Position numbers and translations under genes: made by a program
The notes under the pieces: generated by a model
Seen by the model: the letters and a program-made list of their open reading frames with translations, nothing else
Database searches by the model: none
Told to the model about the DNA's origin: nothing
Shown here: positions 12,366-22,460 of the stretch, piece by piece
How positions within the stretch are numbered: the stretch's first letter is position 1
Layout: every line of letters starts with the position of its first letter
Assembly (NCBI GenBank): GCA_963761335.1
Contig: CAVXGR010000012.1
Span: 160,001-224,000, forward strand
DNA length: 64,000 nucleotides
Direction of reading: 5' to 3'
DNA from: an uncultured delta proteobacterium
Lineage (GTDB): Bacteria > Desulfobacterota > Binatia > HRBIN30 > BPIQ01

Positions 12366-13625
12366 ATGAAAGTCACTTACGTGGGACACGCCGCCATTCT
12401 GGTCGAGTCCGGAGGGACGCGGATTCTGATGGACCCATGGCTCAACGATCCGACGTACCATGGCAGCTGGTGGCACTATCCGCCGCTGACCCTCGGGGTT
12501 CGCGACCTGCCGAAGCTGGACTATCTGTACATCTCGCACGAGCATCCCGATCACTTCGACCCGCCGACGCTGCGCGAGATCGACAAGAACGTCCCGGTGC
12601 TGATCGCCAACTTCAAGCGCAAGGGCTTTCGAGATCGGCTGGCCGGACTGGGGTTTCGCGACATCCGCGAGATCGACTTCAACACCACCGTCTCCTGCAA
12701 CGGCAGCGGCCTCACCGTCCGCCTGGTGCCGCCGGACCGCCCCTGGGACGACAGCGCCATTCTCCTGCGGGACGCCAAGATGACCCTCTTCAACGCCAAC
12801 GACTGCCATCTCGACGACGAGACGCTGTCGCGGTTGGGCCGCGAACACACCATCGACCTCGCCTTCCTCACCTTCACGGGCGCCAGCCAGTATCCCGGCT
12901 GCTTCGAGTTCCCTCTGGAGTCGAAGATCGAACGGTGGCGCGCCTCGAAGCAGGAGCATCTCAAAGAGTTTGTCTCCTGGGCCAAGCTGTTGCGCACGCG
13001 GCGCGCGGTTCCGGCAGCGGGAAACTTCGCGCTGCTGACTCCGGACCAGCTGTTTCTGAACACCCCGCATTACGTCAACACGCCGCAAGAGGCCGTGGAA
13101 GCGCTGGCGGCGGAGGCCCCCGGGATCGAGGGGCTGCAGATGAATCCGGGAGACGTGTGGTCACCGGAGAACGGCCTCGAGCGCCGGCAACCCCCGCCGG
13201 ACTGGAGCCGCCGCATAGAGCACATCGAGCAGCTCAGCCGCGAGAACGCCGGCCGCAGCGCCGAGTACTTCGCCTCCGAGGAGCCGGCCCCCGCGGATCT
13301 GTACGAGCGCTTTCGCGCCTACTTCGAGCGCGTGATCGCGGCCAACCAAGATGCCGCCGCGGGCGTGGGGATCACCGTCTGGTGGGCGGTCACCGGGCCG
13401 CAGGGCGGCGATTGGGCGATCGATTTCGGCCGCACCCAGGGAGCCGTCTCGAACGGAGCGCCCCAGCACTGGAACCTGCGCATCACCATCCCCGACACGC
13501 TCGTCCACCTCGGGGTGAGCGAGCAGTCGAAGTGGGAGAACCTGGTCCTCTCCTTTCGGGTTCGCCTGGCGCGCCAGCCGGATCGCTACATGAAGGAGTT
13601 CTGGACCTGGATCTGCAAGCTCTGA
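12366..13625 (+). CDS. MBL-fold metallo-hydrolase, UlaG/CMAH-like, with SCP2-like C-terminus
   Basis: YVGHA, DPWL, GSWW, YISHEHPDHFD, DSA, NANDC; RBS GGAGAGG. Confidence 0.8.
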   Translation: MKVTYVGHAAILVESGGTRILMDPWLNDPTYHGSWWHYPPLTLGVRDLPKLDYLYISHEHPDHFDPPTLREIDKNVPVLIANFKRKGFRDRLAGLGFRDIREIDFNTTVSCNGSGLTVRLVPPDRPWDDSAILLRDAKMTLFNANDCHLDDETLSRLGREHTIDLAFLTFTGASQYPGCFEFPLESKIERWRASKQEHLKEFVSWAKLLRTRRAVPAAGNFALLTPDQLFLNTPHYVNTPQEAVEALAAEAPGIEGLQMNPGDVWSPENGLERRQPPPDWSRRIEHIEQLSRENAGRSAEYFASEEPAPADLYERFRAYFERVIAANQDAAAGVGITVWWAVTGPQGGDWAIDFGRTQGAVSNGAPQHWNLRITIPDTLVHLGVSEQSKWENLVLSFRVRLARQPDRYMKEFWTWICKL

Positions 13626-13637
13626 GCATCTCTTCCG

Positions 13638-14981
13638 ATGTCCGAACCCCTGAACGTTCTCCTCGTCGTCATCGACTCGGCGCGCGCCGATCACCTCTCC
13701 TGCTATGGCTGCACGCGCAAGACGACGCCGTTCCTCGACCAGGTGGCGCAGGAGGGAGTGCGCTTCGCGCACATGATCACGGCCGCCCCGTGGACGCTTC
13801 CGGCGCACGCCTCGCTGTTCACCGGGCTCTTTCCGAGCACCCACGGCGCCACCTCGGAGAGCGCCGGCCTCTCGCCGCGCCCCCCGACTCTGGCGCAGAT
13901 ACTGGGGCAGGCCGGCTACCGCAGCGCCGGCTTCTGCACCAGCCCCTGGGTCGGCCGCTCCTCCGGTCTCGACCGGGGCTTCGATCACTTCGACACGCAG
14001 ACGCCGGCGCGTTGGCGGGCAAGGCTCTATGCGCGCCGCGCCAGCGATCGCCTGCTGCGCCGCCGCGACGGCGGCGGGCGGCGCACCAATCGGGCGCTGA
14101 TGCGCTGGATCGCCTCCAGCTCCGAGCCGTTCTTCGCCTTCGTCCACTACAACGAGGCGTCGCTGCCGCCGCAGGCACCGTCGCCGCTCGACCAGATGTT
14201 TGCCGGGCCGCGAGGCGGGCGCGCCGTTGCCGTCGACATGGAGCGCTTCGTCGCCGGCAACGTCGACATGACCGACGAGCAGCGGAGCGCCCTCGTCGGG
14301 CTCTACGACGGGGCTCTCCGCTACATCGATGGCCGCATCCGCGAGGTCGCCGACTTTCTCGATCAGCGCGGCCTCTGGGAGCGCACGCTGCTGATGGTGA
14401 CCGCCGACCACGGAGAGCACCTCGGAGAGCACCATCTTCTGGGTCACTCGCTCGGGCTCACCGACAGTCTCTTGCGGGTGCCCCTGCTGCTCCGCTGCCC
14501 CGGGCTGGTGCCGCAGGGATTCGTCGTCGAGGAGCTGGCGCAGACTGTCGACCTGTTTCCCACGGTCACGCACATGCTCGGCCTCGGCGAGCACACGGCG
14601 GAAGTGCAGGGGCGGCCACTGATCCGCGAGCAGCGCGCCACCAGCGGCCCCGCGTTCACCATCTCGGAGCGTTTCCGTCCCGATCTCACCCCGCTCGTCT
14701 CCCGTTTCCCGCGCTTCGACCCGCGGCCCTACGAGGTGCGCTCGAAGGCGATTCGCACGCGGCGCGACAAGTACGTGTGGCATTCGCACGAGGACGATGA
14801 GTACTACGATCTGCGCGACGATCCCGGCGAGACGCGCAATCGTGTTCGCGAGTGCCCGCAGCGCGCCGACGAGCTCCGCGGTACCCTCTTCGACTGGTTG
14901 GCGTCCATCGAGCGCGCCGACGTCGAGGCTCCCGTCGAGCTGGAAGAGGGCGAGCGCAAGCCGCTCCAACGGCGCGAGTGA
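13638..14981 (+). CDS. Sulfatase-like hydrolase/transferase (alkaline phosphatase superfamily)
   Basis: NVLLVVIDSARADH, WTLPAHASLFTG, TADHGE, YDLRDDPGE. Confidence 0.85.
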   Translation: MSEPLNVLLVVIDSARADHLSCYGCTRKTTPFLDQVAQEGVRFAHMITAAPWTLPAHASLFTGLFPSTHGATSESAGLSPRPPTLAQILGQAGYRSAGFCTSPWVGRSSGLDRGFDHFDTQTPARWRARLYARRASDRLLRRRDGGGRRTNRALMRWIASSSEPFFAFVHYNEASLPPQAPSPLDQMFAGPRGGRAVAVDMERFVAGNVDMTDEQRSALVGLYDGALRYIDGRIREVADFLDQRGLWERTLLMVTADHGEHLGEHHLLGHSLGLTDSLLRVPLLLRCPGLVPQGFVVEELAQTVDLFPTVTHMLGLGEHTAEVQGRPLIREQRATSGPAFTISERFRPDLTPLVSRFPRFDPRPYEVRSKAIRTRRDKYVWHSHEDDEYYDLRDDPGETRNRVRECPQRADELRGTLFDWLASIERADVEAPVELEEGERKPLQRRE

Positions 14982-15009
14982 GCCGCCGGGTGCCGAAAAT
15001 AAATCTGCC

Positions 15010-17058
15010 ATGACGTCCGCTTCGACGAGGAAAACCGCAATGCCTTCCGACAGCAGCCTGGGTGCCCAGGTACGCGCGGCTCTCGGAGCCGCGCTGCTCC
15101 TGGCCCTGTTTCAGATGATTGCCGAGACGGCACTGATCGCCGCCATACTCCATCGCTTCATCGTCAGCCCCTATCTGTTCTTCCAGACGCAGATGTACGA
15201 CTTCTGCGTCAAGCTGTTCCTCCTGCTGCCGGGCGCGGCGGAGTGGATCCGCGGCGGTGCCCTCGACCGCTTTCTGGCGCCCGGGATCTATTCCAAGCTG
15301 GGGCTGCTCGGCGCCCTGGCGATTCCCAACGTGGTGATCGCCAGCTGCGTCGGCCTGGTCATCGCCGGCGCCCGCTTTGCCCTGAGGCGACCGGCCCGCT
15401 TGTGGACAGCGCTCTGGCTGGTGGCGGTGTTCGGGGTCCTGGTGCACCTGGCCAGCTTCGCCGCCGCCGTGCACATGCCCAAGTCCTGGAGCGTCGCCGT
15501 CCTGGCGCGCAACCTCGGCCGCGTCGCCATCTGGGACGGCGCCTATATCGCCTTCGCGGCCCTGGGGCTCGGCGCCGCCGCGGCGGCGGCGCTGTCGCTG
15601 TCGCAGTCGAGCGTGCGCTGGGCGGTGTCCCTGAGCGGCGTTTCCCTGGCCGCCGCAGCGCTGCTGCTGACGACCTCGGCGAGCACGGCCTCCAACGGCA
15701 ACGGCAACCTCCGCTACGCCGGCGGGCGCGTCGCCGGCCGCCTGGCGCCGGTGGACAACGTCATCCTCATCTCCATCGACAGCCTGCGCGCCGACCGCGT
15801 CGGCTGCTACGGCAACACCCACGACACCACGCCCACACTCGACCGGCTGGCGCGCCAGGGCGTTCGCTTCGCCGACGCCACCAGCACCACCTCGTGGACG
15901 CTGCCCTCGCACGCCTCCATGCTGACCGGTCGCTACCTGATGTCGCACGGCATCTACGCCGATGCCGACCGACTGCCGCCGAGCGTACCGACCCTGGCCG
16001 AGGGCATGAAAGCCGCCGGCCTGACCACCGGCGGCATCGTCTCCATGCTCTTCCTCGGCTCGCAGTACGGCTTCGCGCGCGGCTTCGACTCCTACGACGA
16101 CCGCACCATTCCGGCGAAGAACGAGTACGACGCCGTCCACGACGAGCCGGCCCCGAAGGTGGTGGCGCTGGCGAACAAGTGGCTGCAGCAGCACGGCGAC
16201 CACCGCTTCTTTCTCTTCCTCCATTTCTGGGACGTGCACTACGACTACGTTCCCCCGCCTCCATACGACACCATGTTCGACCCGGACTACAGCGGATCGA
16301 TCACCGGGGTGAACTTCCTGCAGAACGACAAGGTGCGCCGCGGCATGCCCAAGCGCGACCTCGAGCACCTGCTGGCGCTCTACGACGGCGAGATCCGCTG
16401 GGTGGACGATCACATCGCCCAGATCGTCGCGCAGGTCGATGCCCTCGGGCTGAGCGACCGCACCGCCATCATCGTCACCGCCGATCACGGCGACGAGTTC
16501 TTCGAGCACGGCAACAAGGGACACCGGCGCACGCTCTACCGCGAGGTGGTGCACGTGCCGCTGATCATGAAGATCCCGGGGGTCGCTCCGGGCAGCGTCA
16601 TCGACAAGCCGGTCAGCCTCGCCGACCTGATGCCCACCATCCTCGAGATGGCGGGAGCGGAGACGCCGCCGGGCGTCGACGGCGTCAGTCTGGTTCCGGC
16701 GATTCTCGGCGCCCACCTGGCCGATCACGCCCGCGTCTACTCGGAGCTCTGCCGCAAGCACGACGCCGAATGCCGCACTCTGCAATACTCCCCGGACGGC
16801 GCGCTCGTGCACCACTTCGAGCCCTCGCGAATCGAGTTCTACGGCCCCGGGGACCCCGCCGAGAAGCACAACCTGGCGCGCGGCTCCGAGTGGCCGCACG
16901 AGAAGCAGCTGGCCTATCTCGGCGAATGGCTGAACGAGCACTGGCTGGTGTTCCGCGGCCTCGAGAACGAGCGCGGCTCGATCGAGATGGACAAGGCCAC
17001 TCAGGATCGCCTGCGCGCCCTCGGCTACGGCGACGACGACGGCTCGGGACACGACTGA
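15010..17058 (+). CDS. Membrane-bound sulfatase-like hydrolase/transferase
   Basis: About five N-terminal TM helices, then ISIDSLRAD, WTLPSHASMLTG, DVHYDY, TADHGDEF, LRALGY. Confidence 0.85.
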   Translation: MTSASTRKTAMPSDSSLGAQVRAALGAALLLALFQMIAETALIAAILHRFIVSPYLFFQTQMYDFCVKLFLLLPGAAEWIRGGALDRFLAPGIYSKLGLLGALAIPNVVIASCVGLVIAGARFALRRPARLWTALWLVAVFGVLVHLASFAAAVHMPKSWSVAVLARNLGRVAIWDGAYIAFAALGLGAAAAAALSLSQSSVRWAVSLSGVSLAAAALLLTTSASTASNGNGNLRYAGGRVAGRLAPVDNVILISIDSLRADRVGCYGNTHDTTPTLDRLARQGVRFADATSTTSWTLPSHASMLTGRYLMSHGIYADADRLPPSVPTLAEGMKAAGLTTGGIVSMLFLGSQYGFARGFDSYDDRTIPAKNEYDAVHDEPAPKVVALANKWLQQHGDHRFFLFLHFWDVHYDYVPPPPYDTMFDPDYSGSITGVNFLQNDKVRRGMPKRDLEHLLALYDGEIRWVDDHIAQIVAQVDALGLSDRTAIIVTADHGDEFFEHGNKGHRRTLYREVVHVPLIMKIPGVAPGSVIDKPVSLADLMPTILEMAGAETPPGVDGVSLVPAILGAHLADHARVYSELCRKHDAECRTLQYSPDGALVHHFEPSRIEFYGPGDPAEKHNLARGSEWPHEKQLAYLGEWLNEHWLVFRGLENERGSIEMDKATQDRLRALGYGDDDGSGHD

Positions 17059-17078
17059 GGGAATCGGGCGAGCTCGGC

Positions 17079-18794
17079 GTGCGGCGCCTGCGTGTGGATC
17101 CGTGGCTGCTGGCGATTCTGATCGCCTGCGCAGCGCTCGGCGCGTACCAGATCGACTGGGGCCTGCCTGCCGGCGAGCACTCGTGGGCGGTGGACGGGCT
17201 CGAGCCGGTCACCGTGCTCGGCATCCTGCACCGATCGTTCTCTCACTGGAACTCCGGATGGTTCTATTTCAAATATCCGCTCGCCTATCCGCTCCTCCTC
17301 GGTCTGCTCTACGCCCCCTACCTCGTCTGGCTGAAAGTCGCCGGCGCGTGGGCGCACCCGGCGACGAGCTACCCGTATGGATTCGCTCACCCCGAGAAGG
17401 CGCTCTACGTGCTGGCCCTGCTCGGCCGCAGCCTGAGCCTTCTCTTCACCCTGGGAACGGTGGCTGCCGCCTACGGAATTGGCCGGCGCCTGTTCGGCCG
17501 GCGCGCGGCGCGGCTCGCCGCCTTTCTGGTCGGCACCTGCTACGCGGTCGTCTACTACGCCCACACCATGAACGTCGACGCCAGCTATCTCTTCTGGCAG
17601 ATGCTCGCCTTGTACTGCGGCGTGTGCGCCAGCCAGACGGAGCGGCCGCTACCGTGGGCGGGCATGGGCATGGCGGCGGCCATGGCGGTCTCCACCAAGG
17701 AGCAGGCCTTCGGCTTTCTGCTGCCGCTGCCGTTCATCGCTCTGTTCCTGCGCGGAAGAGAGGAGGCGGGCTGGAGCGTCCTCTGGAGCCGCGGCACGGT
17801 GGCCATGGCGGTGGCTGCAGTGGGCACGGCGCTGCTCGCCAACAACGCACTCTTCAACCCCCTCGGGCTGGTGGCGCGCCTGGCCTTTCTGCTCGGACAC
17901 CCGCTGGCCCGGGTCGATGCGCCGCTCAAGCCGGTGGAGTTCGCCTGGTTCAAGGGCGCCCTCGAGGCGACCTATCTGCGCCAGCTCTGGCAGGGTCTGC
18001 GGAGCGCCCTGAGCACACCCATCGCCTGGCTCGGCATCGCCGGTGCGGTGACCGTCTGGCGCCGCCCGCGCGCCGCCCTGTGGCTGCTGGTGCCGATCGT
18101 CTCGTACTACTACCTGTCGCTGCGCGGTCAGCAACTGATCACCATGCGCTACGCCCTGCCATTGACCCTGCTGGTGGCGGTGCTGGCGGCGGGGCTGCTG
18201 GCGCAGCTCTTGGCGATCGCCACGACGGCGACCTCCCGCGCCGCGGTGGTGGCGCTCTGCACCGCCATCTGCGCCCTCGGCCTGGCGCGGGGCGTGGAGC
18301 TGGACGTCCTCCTGCACAACGACTCGCGCTATCACGCCGAGGCCTGGATGAGAGTGCATCTGGCGGCGAGCCGGCGCGGAGAGGTGTATCAGAAGCCGAC
18401 CTATCTGCCGCGCTTCGCGCCGCCTCTGACGGTCCGGGAGATCCCCCTGGAGGAGCGCTCGGTGGCCGCCGTGAAGAGGCGGCGGCCGGACTTCATCGTC
18501 GTCAGCTCGGAGTCGCACAAGAGTATCTCGCATCGCTGGAGCGCCGACTGGCGCACGACCCACGACCTCCTCGAGCCGGTGCCGGAGGCGGTGGAGCTGG
18601 TCGAGGCGTTGCGCGACGGCCGCATCGGCTATCGGCCGATGGCGGTGTTCACGCAGCGTTCCTGGCTGCTGCAGCCGAAGATCACCGGGCTGGCGCCCAG
18701 GATCACCATCTACGGCCGCGATTCCGCCGCGTCGCGAGGCGACGGCGCCACGGCGCTCAGCCGCGCCGCTGAGCCGCAGCACGCAACGGAGTGA
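17079..18794 (+). CDS. GT-C fold glycosyltransferase (ArnT/PMT-like)
   Basis: Polytopic membrane protein; WGLP, FKYP, GRRLFG, YYAH..NVD, STK, RYALP; start approximate. Confidence 0.75.
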   Translation: MRRLRVDPWLLAILIACAALGAYQIDWGLPAGEHSWAVDGLEPVTVLGILHRSFSHWNSGWFYFKYPLAYPLLLGLLYAPYLVWLKVAGAWAHPATSYPYGFAHPEKALYVLALLGRSLSLLFTLGTVAAAYGIGRRLFGRRAARLAAFLVGTCYAVVYYAHTMNVDASYLFWQMLALYCGVCASQTERPLPWAGMGMAAAMAVSTKEQAFGFLLPLPFIALFLRGREEAGWSVLWSRGTVAMAVAAVGTALLANNALFNPLGLVARLAFLLGHPLARVDAPLKPVEFAWFKGALEATYLRQLWQGLRSALSTPIAWLGIAGAVTVWRRPRAALWLLVPIVSYYYLSLRGQQLITMRYALPLTLLVAVLAAGLLAQLLAIATTATSRAAVVALCTAICALGLARGVELDVLLHNDSRYHAEAWMRVHLAASRRGEVYQKPTYLPRFAPPLTVREIPLEERSVAAVKRRRPDFIVVSSESHKSISHRWSADWRTTHDLLEPVPEAVELVEALRDGRIGYRPMAVFTQRSWLLQPKITGLAPRITIYGRDSAASRGDGATALSRAAEPQHATE

Positions 18795-19243
18795 GCCCAG
18801 CTCGCATCATGGATTCATTCGATCTTCTCGGCCTGCTTTCTTTCACTGCGATCTGCGCGGCCTTCTACTTCATCCGCTCGCCGCTCTCCGCCTTTGTCGG
18901 CGTGTGCGCCGCCATCGCGGTCGCCTCCGGGCTGCTCGGCGCACAGCTGTTGCGCGCCTCGGTGGCCGAGGGCTCCGTCCTGGCGCTGGGGCTGCTGCTC
19001 TACTCCTTCGGGCTGCTCATCGTCCGCGTCATGCTGCGCCGCAGCGTGAGCCTGCAGATGCTCGCCAGCTTCATCGACGATCCGGCCAACGGCAACGTCG
19101 ACGACGAAATCGCCAGCCGCTTTCGCGACGCCGAGGGTGTCGGCCTGGTACAGCGGTCCAGCGCGACCTATCACCTGACCTCCCTCGGCAACGCCCTGAC
19201 CGTCGTCCTCGGTGTGCTCTATCGGCTGACGGGAGTCGCATGA
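18791..19243 (+). CDS. Small membrane protein with C-terminal winged-helix-like segment
   Basis: Three TM helices then RRSVSLQML...GLVQRSSATYHLTSLG; coupled to neighbours by GTGA/ATGA overlaps. Confidence 0.6.
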   Translation: MSPARIMDSFDLLGLLSFTAICAAFYFIRSPLSAFVGVCAAIAVASGLLGAQLLRASVAEGSVLALGLLLYSFGLLIVRVMLRRSVSLQMLASFIDDPANGNVDDEIASRFRDAEGVGLVQRSSATYHLTSLGNALTVVLGVLYRLTGVA

Positions 19244-19683
19244 CGCTGATCGCAATCAGCGCCGCAGCGCTGCTCGTGGCCCTGGTGGCGAGTGAGATCG
19301 CCCTCGGCGGAGCCAAGCTGCAGACGGTGCTCTCGCGTCTGCTGCTCGTCTGGGCAGTGATCGGCGCCGCCGCCATCGCCGGCCTGGGGGTCTCCGGCGG
19401 CGGCAGCCTGGTCGCCTTCGGCGTCTTCTGGGCAGGGTGCTTTCTCACCTGGTTCGGCGTGCGCAGTCACATCGAGAGCTCGATCCTGCTGCGCATGGTC
19501 TACCTGCTGCGCGAGGGGCCGCTGACGGAGGAGGAGCTGATGCAGCGCTACAACCCCATCTATGGCGGGCGGCTGCGCGTCGACGAGCTGGTGCGCGGCG
19601 GCCTCGCCGAGCGCGTGCCGCAGGGCCTGCGGGTGACTCCGCGAGGCAAGCGGATCGCCAGCGTGGCGGCGCGATTGAAGTAG
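19240..19683 (+). CDS. Small membrane protein with C-terminal winged-helix-like segment
   Basis: Three TM helices then ESSILLRM...GPLTEEEL...GLAERVPQGLRVTPRG. Confidence 0.6.
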   Translation: MTLIAISAAALLVALVASEIALGGAKLQTVLSRLLLVWAVIGAAAIAGLGVSGGGSLVAFGVFWAGCFLTWFGVRSHIESSILLRMVYLLREGPLTEEELMQRYNPIYGGRLRVDELVRGGLAERVPQGLRVTPRGKRIASVAARLK

Positions 19684-19690
19684 AGCGCCA

Positions 19691-21340
19691 ATGAAGCCAG
19701 TGAGCAGCGGGGCCGAGGCGGTGAGCGGCGTCGTCAACGACGCGGGCGCCGGCGCACCTGTGGCGGCTCGGGAATCGACCCGGCGCCGGCCCCTGGCTCT
19801 GTGGCTCGGCGCCGCCAGCATCGGCTTCAGCCTGGCGCTCCGCGTTCTCTACCTGGCGCAGCCGTGGCGCATCGACCTCTCGGAGCATCCCGTCTTCGGC
19901 GCCGACGAGGGGATCGTCGGCCTCATGGGCAGACACATCCTCCAGGGAGCGCGGCCTCTCTTCTACTACGGCCAGTACTATATGGGAGCCCTCGAGGCGT
20001 ATGTGGCCGCAGCCTCGTTTCGGCTCTTCGGAGCGTCGATGACCACCCTGCGGGTGGTGCCGACCGTCTTCTCGATTCTGTGGATTCCGCTCACCTGGGC
20101 CATTGCCCGCCGTCTCTACGGCCGGCGCGCCGCCTGGCTCGCCACGGCGCTGGTCGCCGTCCCCTCGCAGTTCGTCTTCGAGTGGGGCTTCAAGGCCCGC
20201 GGCGGCTACGCCGAGCACGTGACCCTGGTGCTGGTCATTCTCTACGCTGCCGTCCTTCTACTCGATCGCGTCACCACGGTGCGCCTCGCTGTCCTCGGCC
20301 TGGCCGCCGGCCTGTCGCTCTGGGTGAACCAGCTGGCCATTGCCTACGTGCCCTTCTATGCCTTTGCGCTCTGGCAGTGGATGCCGCTGCGACGCCGGCA
20401 GCTCGCGGTGCTGCTGATCGCCGGAGTGCTCGGCGCGGGGCCGCTGATCTACGCCAACATCGTCGTGCCGCTGGGAACGGTTCGCGCTCTGGGCGTCGAG
20501 GTGCGCAGCTCCATGCGCCTCCAGGCGCGCCACGCCGCCGACGACGACGAGGAGAAGGATTATCGCGCCATTCCCCTGTTTCAGGTCCTCGGCGCCCAGC
20601 CGCGGCGCGATGGGGCCTGGTCGGCGTTCGGCATCGCCGCGGCGCTGCTGCTCTGCCTCGGGCTGGGCGCCGGCACCATTCGCCTCCTGCGCCTGCGGGG
20701 CAGCCCCGCTCGCTTTCGCGGGCAAGTGCTCCTCCTCGGCTTCACCGCAGCCAGCGTCGCCTCCGGCGCCTCGGGCTTCTCGGGGCAGCCGGTAGGACGG
20801 TACCAGCTGCTGCTCTATCCGCTGCTCGCCGTGCTCACCGGCGGCTGGCTGGCGCCGTGGGGCACGGCGGGAACGGCGGTGGTGGCCGCCGTCGCCCTCG
20901 GGCAGACGGTACAGCTGGCGGCGCCGGTGCCCACCGATGGGCGCACGCCGCGGGACGCCGTGGTGGAGGCGCTTCTGCAGCAGAACCTGCACTTCGGCTA
21001 CGGCGCCGGCTTCATGGACGACGTCGTCTTCCAGTCCGGGGAGCGGGTGATCATCGTGCCCATCGAGCGGCCCCGCTATCCGGCCTACGAGCCGCTGGTC
21101 GCCGCCGCCGACAACGTCTTCTACATCTATCGCGACGACCAAGCGGACAAGACGGCGCACCGCATGCTGATGGAGTACCTGGCGGACAACCGCGTGCACT
21201 ACCGCGAGACCACACTTGGCGAGTACCACATCCTCTCGCAGATCGAGCCCCGCGAGGCGGTCTCCGGGGCCGCCATGGCGCAGCTGCGAGAGCGCATTCA
21301 CGATCGCAAGCACCCGCCGGCGAAGAAGGCGGCGTCGTGA
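19691..21340 (+). CDS. GT-C fold glycosyltransferase (family 39/83-like)
   Basis: ADEGIVGLMGRHI, FYYGQYYMGALEAY, ARRLYG; many TM helices. Confidence 0.75.
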   Translation: MKPVSSGAEAVSGVVNDAGAGAPVAARESTRRRPLALWLGAASIGFSLALRVLYLAQPWRIDLSEHPVFGADEGIVGLMGRHILQGARPLFYYGQYYMGALEAYVAAASFRLFGASMTTLRVVPTVFSILWIPLTWAIARRLYGRRAAWLATALVAVPSQFVFEWGFKARGGYAEHVTLVLVILYAAVLLLDRVTTVRLAVLGLAAGLSLWVNQLAIAYVPFYAFALWQWMPLRRRQLAVLLIAGVLGAGPLIYANIVVPLGTVRALGVEVRSSMRLQARHAADDDEEKDYRAIPLFQVLGAQPRRDGAWSAFGIAAALLLCLGLGAGTIRLLRLRGSPARFRGQVLLLGFTAASVASGASGFSGQPVGRYQLLLYPLLAVLTGGWLAPWGTAGTAVVAAVALGQTVQLAAPVPTDGRTPRDAVVEALLQQNLHFGYGAGFMDDVVFQSGERVIIVPIERPRYPAYEPLVAAADNVFYIYRDDQADKTAHRMLMEYLADNRVHYRETTLGEYHILSQIEPREAVSGAAMAQLRERIHDRKHPPAKKAAS

Positions 21341-21344
21341 GGGC

Positions 21345-22460
21345 ATGGGACAGATGAAGATCGGCTTCGTGATCGGGCAGCTGACCGCGGGGGGCGCCGA
21401 AGGGCAGCTTCTCCAGGTCGCCCGCGCCCTCCGCGGCACCGCCTACACCCCGATCGTCTACTGCATGAGCGATCAGACACAGCCGATCGGGCGCGCCCTG
21501 CAGGCGGCCGGCATCTGCCTTCGGGTGATCGCCGGCGACCACGGCTCACGGCCGCGGCGCCTCGGGTACGCACTCCTCGCCGACGACATCCGCATCGTCC
21601 ACTCCTGGCTCTTCATCGGCAACACCTACGCGTGGCTGGCGACTCTCGGCCGCGACCTGCCGCTGATCACCTCGGCGCGCAACTGCAAGCGACAGAGCGC
21701 GCTGCATACGCTCGGCAACATCGCCGCCTTCCGCGCCAGCCAGCGCATCGTGGTGAACTCGCAGGAGGTCGCCCGCTACATCCGGCGCACGTACCTGGCG
21801 CCGGCGAATCGCCTGGCCCTGATTTACAACGGCGTCGACACCGAGCGCTTCCGGCCCGGGGAGGGCGCTGCCGGCGACCCTCTGGTGATCGGCATCGGGC
21901 GTCTGGTGCCGCAGAAGGACCCGCTGCTCTTCGTCGAGGCCGCCGCGCGTCTGGTCGCGGCGCATCCGTCGGTGCGCTTCGCCTTCGTCGGCGCCGGGCC
22001 GCTGCGCGAGCAGGTGGCGCGGGCGGTTGCGGCACGCGGTCTGCAGGCGCGCTTCGAGCTTCCCGGGGAGAGCGACGACGTCGCCGCGGCCCTGCGCCGG
22101 GCGACCCTGTTCTGGCTGACCTCGGCGTGGGAGGGACTGCCCAACGTGGTCCTCGAGGCCATGGCATCCGGAGTCCCCGCGGTCGCCACCGACGTCGGCG
22201 GCACCCGCGAGCTGGTGCGCTCGGGAGTCGACGGCTTCCTGGTACAGCACGGTGACATCGAGGCGCTGGTGGACTACTCCGCCGGGCTGCTGGGCGATGC
22301 CGAGCGCCGGCGCAGCTTTGCGCAGCGAGCCCGCGAGCGGGCCGAGGGATTCTCCACGGCGCGCATGATCGACGCCATGATCCGCCTGTACGGGGAGGTC
22401 GGGCCGCGGCACGAGGAACGAACCGCGCCGGCATCGGCCCCCCAGCTCGGAGATGCCTGA
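21345..22460 (+). CDS. Glycosyltransferase family 4
   Basis: GGAEGQL, YNGVD, GRLVPQKD, WEGLPNVVLEAM. Confidence 0.92.
   Translation: MGQMKIGFVIGQLTAGGAEGQLLQVARALRGTAYTPIVYCMSDQTQPIGRALQAAGICLRVIAGDHGSRPRRLGYALLADDIRIVHSWLFIGNTYAWLATLGRDLPLITSARNCKRQSALHTLGNIAAFRASQRIVVNSQEVARYIRRTYLAPANRLALIYNGVDTERFRPGEGAAGDPLVIGIGRLVPQKDPLLFVEAAARLVAAHPSVRFAFVGAGPLREQVARAVAARGLQARFELPGESDDVAAALRRATLFWLTSAWEGLPNVVLEAMASGVPAVATDVGGTRELVRSGVDGFLVQHGDIEALVDYSAGLLGDAERRRSFAQRARERAEGFSTARMIDAMIRLYGEVGPRHEERTAPASAPQLGDA

Noticed and set aside
15243..17078. Long N-terminal extension of the GT-C ORF (1183 aa)
   Set aside because: Arg/Pro-rich off-frame shadow of the sulfatase-like gene.
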